Both the position numbers and the translations under genes were made by a program. The notes beneath the pieces were generated by a model. It worked only from the letters and a program-made list of their open reading frames with translations, did no database searches and was not told the origin of the DNA. DNA of 42,196 bases. Source: a virus (taxonomy: Duplodnaviria > Heunggongvirae > Uroviricota > Caudoviricetes). Shown one piece after another: positions 35,877 to 42,196 of this stretch (within the stretch, counting starts at the first letter, position 1; each line of letters begins with the position of its first letter). The stretch lies in the IMG/VR virus record IMGVR_UViG_2609460218_000018, positions 1 through 42,196 of that record, one strand, 5' to 3'.

Positions 35877-37102
35877 CGACATTAAACACAGCCGTTCCGG
35901 ACGTCACCATAACCGAGAATGGCCTGCTGGTACCGGATGTATCGGATGTGCTTGCTGGTCGACTAACTGACATGTCGACGGCGCTCGGGGGCGGGGCCAG
36001 CCAATCTCTTAGCTCACCACAGGGGCAGATCGCACAGTCCGATACAGAGATTATCGCACAGGAATATGACAAGCTCCTTTGCCTGTTTAATCAGGTAAAC
36101 CCTGATTACGCAACGGGAAGGTTTCAGGACGGAATCGGTCAGATTTACTTCATGGACCGGATTTCGGCGCAAGGAACAGTGGTTACTGCGACGTGCATTG
36201 GTCAGGTCGGCACCACAATTCCCGCGGGCAGCACAGCCATTGATACCAACGGATATATTTACCGGTCTATCGACATTGCAACGATACCAGCATCAGGCAG
36301 TATTGATGTTCAGTTTGTGAATAACACAACCGGACCAATACCCTGTGCCGCAGGTGCATTAAATCAGATTTACCGGGCAGTATCTGGATGGGATTCGATC
36401 ACAAACGCGAGCCCCGGCGTTGTTGGCGTTGATGTTGAATCACGTATTGCGTTTGAAACGCGTCGCAAGCAGTCGGTCGCGAGAAATAGCCGCAATCAGG
36501 ACGCCTCGACACTATCTGCTTTGCTGGCTACGGATGGCGTACTTGATGCCTATGTGTGGTCAAACAGAACAGCAGCCACGGTAAATCAGGGAACGACCAA
36601 CTTCCCGGTGCTGGCGCACTCGATTTATATCTGCGTGTATGGTGGTACCGATGAGGATGTTGCCGAGTCCATTTTCCAGACGTACAACCCGGGCGCAAAC
36701 CTGAATGGAGATACCTCTTACACGGTTTACGACAATGTTAACTATCTCCCGCCATATCCATCCTATGTAATGCAATGGCAAAAGGCATCACCAACCCGCG
36801 TTTACTTTAGAGTTGAGCTGGACAGCTCGCTCAACCCTCCCAGTGATATTTCTATTCAGGTAAAGAAGATGATCGCCTCAGTTTTCAACGGCGGGTATGA
36901 GGGGATAGGGAAGGCGAGAATATGGTCAACCATTAACGCCGGTAAGTATTATGCTCCGGTTATCTCAATATCACCTGATACCGTTGGTATTTTATCACTT
37001 GAAGTTTCAATTGATGGTTCAAGCTATGGACCAGCTATAACAATGGGGATAGACCAGGTTCCAACTATTCAGGAATCAGATATTACCGTAACTCTTTCGT
37101 AA
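35873..37102 (+). CDS. baseplate J-like protein
   Basis: 409 aa; size, position and composition fit the baseplate J family. Confidence 0.6.
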   Translation: MTTLNTAVPDVTITENGLLVPDVSDVLAGRLTDMSTALGGGASQSLSSPQGQIAQSDTEIIAQEYDKLLCLFNQVNPDYATGRFQDGIGQIYFMDRISAQGTVVTATCIGQVGTTIPAGSTAIDTNGYIYRSIDIATIPASGSIDVQFVNNTTGPIPCAAGALNQIYRAVSGWDSITNASPGVVGVDVESRIAFETRRKQSVARNSRNQDASTLSALLATDGVLDAYVWSNRTAATVNQGTTNFPVLAHSIYICVYGGTDEDVAESIFQTYNPGANLNGDTSYTVYDNVNYLPPYPSYVMQWQKASPTRVYFRVELDSSLNPPSDISIQVKKMIASVFNGGYEGIGKARIWSTINAGKYYAPVISISPDTVGILSLEVSIDGSSYGPAITMGIDQVPTIQESDITVTLS

Positions 37103-37112
37103 GGGGTGAGGC

Positions 37113-37754
37113 ATGTGGGAAGACACAATACTTACCCAATACTCAGCAAGTAAAAAATTACTTTCTATTATTGAAACATTTAATCAGGCCGTAAGTCTTG
37201 ATGATTTTACCGACGAGTTTCTAACTAAAGTATGGGACTTAACAACCTGTGAGACTTTTGGTCTTGATATGTGGGGTAAAATTGTTGGAGTAAGCAGATA
37301 TATTATTGCACCAATAGATAGTGATTCATTTGGATTTAGTGAAGCAGATGATGGAAGCCCTGATTACCCGACCCCGTTCAATGACTCTCCTTTCTTTGGA
37401 GGGGTGCAGGAAACAACTAATGTAAGGCTTGGTGATGATGCGTACAGGACTTTAATATTCTGCAAAGCATTCACCAATATAAGCATAGCAACAATACCTG
37501 ATATAAATAAGTTTCTTAAAATACTCTTTTGCCAAAGAGGAAGGGCTTATTGCGTTAATTACCGCGACATGACGATAGGAATGACATTTGAGTTCGAGCT
37601 TGCGCCATACGAAGAGTCAATCTTGACAAATTATGATGTCACACCAGTTCCAAGCGGTGTCCTTGTAAAGATAAATCAAATTATCAGTCNCTTNNATTTC
37701 GGATTTTCAACAGATGCCTATCCGTTTAATGACGGAACATTTTATAGAGATTAA
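37113..37754 (+). CDS. tail protein (DUF2612-like / baseplate wedge-associated)
   Basis: 213 aa; AT-rich; contains three N bases; lies between the J-like and tail-fibre genes. Confidence 0.4.
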   Translation: MWEDTILTQYSASKKLLSIIETFNQAVSLDDFTDEFLTKVWDLTTCETFGLDMWGKIVGVSRYIIAPIDSDSFGFSEADDGSPDYPTPFNDSPFFGGVQETTNVRLGDDAYRTLIFCKAFTNISIATIPDINKFLKILFCQRGRAYCVNYRDMTIGMTFEFELAPYEESILTNYDVTPVPSGVLVKINQIISXXXFGFSTDAYPFNDGTFYRD

Positions 37755-37756
37755 AT

Positions 37757-39016
37757 ATGAATCGTTCTGATGCTCCAGCAAAACAATCCAAGCCATTCGC
37801 CATCAATGGTCAGAGGGAGGCAATTTTGCCAACCACTCCACCTGGTGATAACACAGCGTCATATGAACTTGGATTTCCTCCAATTACAATGATTCTAAAA
37901 TCAGCGGGAGGGCTACCACCAAAAGGCCAGGACATGAATCAGATACTCTATGAGTTGTCTAATCTGGCGAGATGGAGTAGCTCTGGTGCCATTAACTATT
38001 ATGATGCTGCATTCTCATCAGGGATTGGTGGATACCCAGCAGGTGCAGTTTTATTAAGCAATGATAATCTTAATATTTACTTCAATAAGCTGGATGCTAA
38101 TACATCAGACCCAAACTCTGGAGGGGCTGGATGGGTGGATTTAAAGACATATTTAAATCTACAATTCTTCCAATCTGCTCCTTCTGTTGCCGAAGACTCT
38201 TTCACTCGCATTTCATCTCCTGATGAAGGATCGTTTCTTTTCCTGAAGAATAATGGAGAGTGGGGTGTTCTGAATTCAACAGGGAGCGCAATTCCTCTTC
38301 CTATTAATCAAGGTGGCATTGGTGCTACTACCCCCGAAGAGGGCGTTAAAAACCTTGGCCTATCTGATTCAGAAGGGAGAGTGGGGCGTCTGATTAATGT
38401 CAGGGTTATCACATCTTCAGGAACTTACACCCCAACCGCTGGAACAAAATCAATAGTGGTAGAGGTTCAGGGCGCTGGAGGGGCAGGTGGGGCAGCCGGT
38501 CTTGTTGCCGGTGGTAATATAGCAATGGGGGGCGGCGGTGCTGCTGGGGCTTATGCCCGCGCTCGTTTGACATCAGGGTTTTCTGGACTTCCAATTACTA
38601 TTGGTGCAAAGGGATCTGGTAAAAATCCAGATTATTCAGGGAAAAGTGGTGGGGCAACATCATTTGGCACTATTACAGCAGGAGGTGGTAGTGGTGGGCC
38701 AGCAGTTGGAGCTACACCTCCTTTTATTATTACTGCTGTTGGCGGTGCAACTGCATCTGGTGGGAATATCGTTTCCATTACTGGATCCAGCTCGTTAACC
38801 GGAATCGCCCTAAGCGCTTCATCCGTATCGTCAGGAACTGGAGGAACGTCCCCCCTTGGGTCTGGAGGAGGTCCACGCTCAGCAACTATTGCTGGCGATA
38901 ATGCTTCAGGGTTTGGATCTGGAGGAAGTGGAGCACTAAACCTTCCTGGGGCTACGGGGGATTTGCTCGGCGGTGACGGTTCTGATGGTGTTGTAATTGT
39001 GTGGGAGTATGCGTGA
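37757..39016 (+). CDS. tail fibre protein with glycine-rich C-terminal region
   Basis: Tail-fibre-type N-terminus (ILPTTPPGDNTASYELGFPPITM...GGLPPKGQDMNQILYEL); C-terminal ~200 aa dominated by G/A/S repeats (GAGGAGGAAGLVAGG, GGGGAAGAYA, GGGSGGPAVG). Confidence 0.65.
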   Translation: MNRSDAPAKQSKPFAINGQREAILPTTPPGDNTASYELGFPPITMILKSAGGLPPKGQDMNQILYELSNLARWSSSGAINYYDAAFSSGIGGYPAGAVLLSNDNLNIYFNKLDANTSDPNSGGAGWVDLKTYLNLQFFQSAPSVAEDSFTRISSPDEGSFLFLKNNGEWGVLNSTGSAIPLPINQGGIGATTPEEGVKNLGLSDSEGRVGRLINVRVITSSGTYTPTAGTKSIVVEVQGAGGAGGAAGLVAGGNIAMGGGGAAGAYARARLTSGFSGLPITIGAKGSGKNPDYSGKSGGATSFGTITAGGGSGGPAVGATPPFIITAVGGATASGGNIVSITGSSSLTGIALSASSVSSGTGGTSPLGSGGGPRSATIAGDNASGFGSGGSGALNLPGATGDLLGGDGSDGVVIVWEYA

Positions 39017-39405
39017 TGAGCAATCTTTATGCTGTAATTGAAAATAATATAGTAACCAATATCGTATTATGGAATGAAAATACAGACTGGTCACCAGCTA
39101 AAGGATTTGCAGTCAGGTGTGGGAAAGATGTTGGAATTGGATGGAAATATGAAAATGGAAATTTCATTCCACCAACCATACCGGAACCAACAAATGCAGA
39201 GAAAAGGAAAAAAGCGCTTTCTGAGCTTGGTGATGCCTATCAGTATGATATAACAAAATTAAATACATCATGGTTGGCAGCTGCTGTGAGTGATGGAATC
39301 AACGAAACTGCTAAAAAAGATGCTGTAATAGCTCAGATTAATGAACGGAAAGAAAAATACTCCCAAGACCGTGCCGCTATCATAGCTCAGTATCCAGAGG
39401 ATTAA
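39016..39405 (+). CDS. tail fibre assembly / chaperone protein (by position)
   Basis: ORF 39001..39405 trimmed to the ATG overlapping the tail-fibre stop (MSNLYAVIENNIVTNIVLW...). Confidence 0.4.
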   Translation: MSNLYAVIENNIVTNIVLWNENTDWSPAKGFAVRCGKDVGIGWKYENGNFIPPTIPEPTNAEKRKKALSELGDAYQYDITKLNTSWLAAAVSDGINETAKKDAVIAQINERKEKYSQDRAAIIAQYPED

Positions 39406-39407
39406 TC

Positions 39408-39566
39408 ATGGCAAATGAAAATGAAGTTCCTGACGGTAAAGAAAATCAAGTAAACCTGGCGACTGTACGATTCTGTCCGATTTGTGGTGAGCAGATGTAT
39501 CAAGGAATGCGATACGGATTTTTATGCTGGATTTGCCCTGAATGCGATTTTGATGAACCAGTTTAA
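39408..39566 (+). CDS. small zinc-ribbon protein (52 aa, below ORF-track cutoff)
   Basis: Two CxxC pairs (CPICGE...CWICPEC); ATG 2 nt after the upstream stop. Confidence 0.3.
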   Translation: MANENEVPDGKENQVNLATVRFCPICGEQMYQGMRYGFLCWICPECDFDEPV

Positions 39567-39571
39567 CAAAT

Positions 39572-39590
39572 GGGAGGGTGACCCCTCCCA
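39572..39590. terminator. hairpin between convergent genes (GGGAGGG tgac CCCTCCC), possible bidirectional terminator
   Basis: 7-bp perfect GC-rich stem with 4-nt loop between the plus-strand zinc-ribbon gene and the minus-strand acyltransferase; weak T-tracts. Confidence 0.35.
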
Positions 39591-39596
39591 TCCATT

Positions 39597-40707
39597 CTAT
39601 AAAAGAATGTAAGCCAGAACAGAAAACGGCAGGATGAATACTACTGGCATAGCCAGGTATTTTGCTACCTTTGAAACCATCGTGTTATGATCGCCAGTTA
39701 GTTCTTCATGTCTGAACTTATCAATTTTACGCTCCATCGTCATATATAACACCATACCCAACAAGCAACTGCATATTGAAACCATAGAACCTATTGATAT
39801 GTAACTAAAAAGTCCTTTCAGGTGTTCTGCGTTTCTTTCAAAATAAGTAAGAATTGGGAAGTGCAAAATATATGCAGGGAAGGACATTTCCCCCACCATT
39901 CTGTCAAACTTGTTTTTTCTTGTAATTGAAAAAAGAGCAGGGATAGCCATACCTATTGCTGCCATTTGCCACAATGGCATTATTGTAACTGTATATGACG
40001 CAGCAACAAAAGAAGCAATTGCAAGTATGTAATAGTTATTAACCATTCCCTTGCTAAATTGATACCCAAAGACTCCCATCGCNAAAAAATACGAATGAAG
40101 AAGGGTACCAATAATAGAAGAATGAAGCGCCCTGTGCAATGCTGAAATGGGTTATAGATATTGGATAAGTTAATTTGTTAATAACCAACAAGTAAAAAAT
40201 ACCAGTGGCGAAGTAAATAAAAGTTCTTTTTGGTGATTTTACTATGAATGGTGCTACTACATAAAAAATAAGCTCAACACTCAATGACCATGCTGGAGGG
40301 TTGATTGTCATTGACACTGGATTCTGACAAGCGCCTGACTTCATCGGCGAGCAAACAAGATAGACCGCATCCTGACCAAATATGAAGAAATTCTGTAACA
40401 GGAAGAATATTTTTGATTTGTCTACTAAAGAAATAAATGCGTCATAATAAAATCCACCCGAAATAATTAATGATAATAATATCCCAACAAAATATGTAGG
40501 ATATAATCTAAGAGCGCGACTTTTGTAGAATGTGACTACTGGAGTGTCTTTGTATTTTTCATTGAGAACCATCGCCATATAGAAGCCTGAGATGATAAAG
40601 AAAAGATTAACTGCATACCAGGCTCCAATACCATTAAAATAAAAAACAGTACTCCTTGAGTGTCCAGCTATTACAGAAAGAGCCAAAAATATCCGCAAAA
40701 ATCCCAT
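39597..40707 (-). CDS. acyltransferase family 3 membrane protein (putative O-antigen or surface-polysaccharide O-acetyltransferase); frame broken near an N (~40083)
   Basis: ORFs 40054..40707 and 39597..40139 together give a ~370-aa multi-TM protein with the acyltransferase-3 N-terminus (FLRIFLALSVIAGHS); strongly AT-rich. Confidence 0.65.
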
Positions 40708-41038
40708 TATTCACCAACCGTTTTGTTTAGTTTAAAAAATAATCAAACTTGTGTTAGGAAGTTATTACAAAGAGCAAATAGTAGCACTATGTAATAGTTA
40801 GTTTAAGTATGAAGCCAATGAGTTATCAGAAATAATGATCAAGATCACGATAAAATGCGCGCCATGAAAAGTGAATATGTGAGCATATTTTCTTGGTTGC
40901 CATCACCAAACCCTTGGCACTCACTTTCCGTGCCACTCTAAAGATAAGAGTAAAATAAATTGTCAATATAGGGATGAATGAGACAAAAACGGGACACACA
41001 AAGCTTTGCATCGGTTTGCAAGGCTTTGTGCTTCTTTA

Positions 41039-42196
41039 CTATGACACCTTCTCGTCAATCCAGTCTGCCCACCACTGCATCATCTCCCGGCGTTTATCCA
41101 TGTACTGGGCGTGATTGTATATCCCACGTATAGAACCGCTGTTAGCATGTGCCAGTTGTTTCTCAATGGCGTCTGCAGGCCACTCATGCTCATTCATGAT
41201 GGTACTGAACTGGTGTCTGAAACCGTGACCGCTTGCTAGCCCTTCATATCCTATCTGACGAATAACCAGTAATACGGCGTTCTCGCTGATTGGCTTTGTT
41301 TTATCATTGCGCCCGGCGAACACGAAGCTTGATATCTGCTGCGTTACCGGCTTTAAAGTCTCAAGCAGGGATATCACCTGGTCAGACATTGGGACAAGGT
41401 GAACGCGGCGCCCTTTCATAACCTCTTCCCCGATCGTAATCGTCCTGGTTTCAAAGTCGACGTTCGCCCATTGCATAGACCTGAGCTCTTTAGTTCTGAG
41501 CGCCGTGTATTGCAGAACCTGCGTTGCTATGCGTGAAACGATGCTTCCAGAGAAACCAGAAAGTGCCTTATTGAATGCTGGTATCTGATCAGCCGGAAGG
41601 AAAGGGTAGTTCTTCTTCCGGTATCCCTTCATNGCATCAGNCAAGTCAGGGGCTGGGTTATACTTAGCTCGCCCGGTTACTATCGCGTACCTGAATACTT
41701 CCCCGCAACGCCTACGAGCTTTATTGGCTCTCTCCATTGCCCCGCGCTCTTCGAACCTGCGGATCACTTCCAGTATCTGCATTGGTTCTATCTCGTGAAT
41801 TTCCATCCCGCCAATTAACGGCAGAATGTCATCCTTGAACATGCGTGACAGTTCTGTGCTGTATACCTCTGACCATACTTGTTTTTTATGCTCGTACCAT
41901 TCCTGGTATATGGAGCCGAACGAGTTGTCTTTTACTGACAGCTTTTTAGCCTTTACCGGATCGACACCGACAGACACATCCTTTTTGGCAAGCCACGCTT
42001 TGTCTCTGGCTTCCTGCAATGACATGAGTGGGTATTTACCTACTGTCAGCACTTTCTCTTTACCATCGAGCTTATAACGAAGTTGCCAGACTTTCTTTCC
42101 GGTAACCGGCACATAAAGGTACAGCCCGTTGCTGTCGAGCAGCCGGTACGGTTTATCTTTCGGCTTTGCCGCGTCTATCTGCTTAATGGTAAGCAT
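41039..42196 (-). CDS. int: tyrosine integrase, P4-like (N-terminal arm-binding DUF4102-type domain); start codon is the last triplet of the window
   Basis: 385 aa; N-terminus LTIKQIDAAKPKDKPYRLLDSNGLYLYV...; C-terminal catalytic region (HGFRHQFSTIMNE...LAHANSGSIRGIYNHAQY). Confidence 0.85.
   Translation of the reverse strand: MLTIKQIDAAKPKDKPYRLLDSNGLYLYVPVTGKKVWQLRYKLDGKEKVLTVGKYPLMSLQEARDKAWLAKKDVSVGVDPVKAKKLSVKDNSFGSIYQEWYEHKKQVWSEVYSTELSRMFKDDILPLIGGMEIHEIEPMQILEVIRRFEERGAMERANKARRRCGEVFRYAIVTGRAKYNPAPDLXDXMKGYRKKNYPFLPADQIPAFNKALSGFSGSIVSRIATQVLQYTALRTKELRSMQWANVDFETRTITIGEEVMKGRRVHLVPMSDQVISLLETLKPVTQQISSFVFAGRNDKTKPISENAVLLVIRQIGYEGLASGHGFRHQFSTIMNEHEWPADAIEKQLAHANSGSIRGIYNHAQYMDKRREMMQWWADWIDEKVS

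Noticed and set aside
38409-38798. ORFs 38409..38594 (minus) and 38601..38798 (plus) with leucine/proline repeat translations, and the question of a tandem DNA repeat
   Set aside because: They are frame artefacts of the Gly-codon-rich tail-fibre C-terminus; the DNA is not a clean tandem repeat.
40826-41011. ORF of 61 aa (minus) between the acyltransferase and the integrase
   Set aside because: Lies in an AT-rich promoter/spacer region with no RBS and atypical composition; probably spurious.
1-42196. CRISPR arrays, rRNA genes or integrons
   Set aside because: No regularly spaced direct repeats of 24-40 bp and no rRNA-like segments were seen; the only repeat clusters are the operators, iterons and terminators.

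Overview
The window is almost entirely one temperate, lambdoid-regulated phage or prophage genome (~42 kb), read by eye against the supplied ORF track. Left to right: the 3' end of an IS66-family element (1..~433); a leftward early operon (Dam-like methyltransferase, Gp157-like, RecT, small hypotheticals, N-like antiterminator); an immunity switch (S24-type CI, Cro, CII) with nutL/nutR-like boxA/boxB and ACAACC..GGTTGT operators; replication (O-like with internal iterons, DnaB-like helicase); an accessory block with a lipoprotein and a 2H-phosphoesterase-like protein; nin genes and a Q-like antiterminator with a late promoter and ~190-nt leader terminator; a ~780-bp ORF-poor gap at the classic cargo site; lysis genes; terminase, portal, head genes; a contractile-tail module (sheath, tube, SLT tape measure, baseplate V/J, Gly-rich tail fibre); an AT-rich acyltransferase-3 gene; and a P4-type integrase at the right edge. 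Product calls rest on remembered family motifs, not searches. The sequence has more than 20 N bases and several apparent homopolymer frameshifts. Coordinates of hand-located sites are approximate (a few bp); around 25200-25320 my reading of the printed sequence and the ORF track disagree by one base, and I followed the track.
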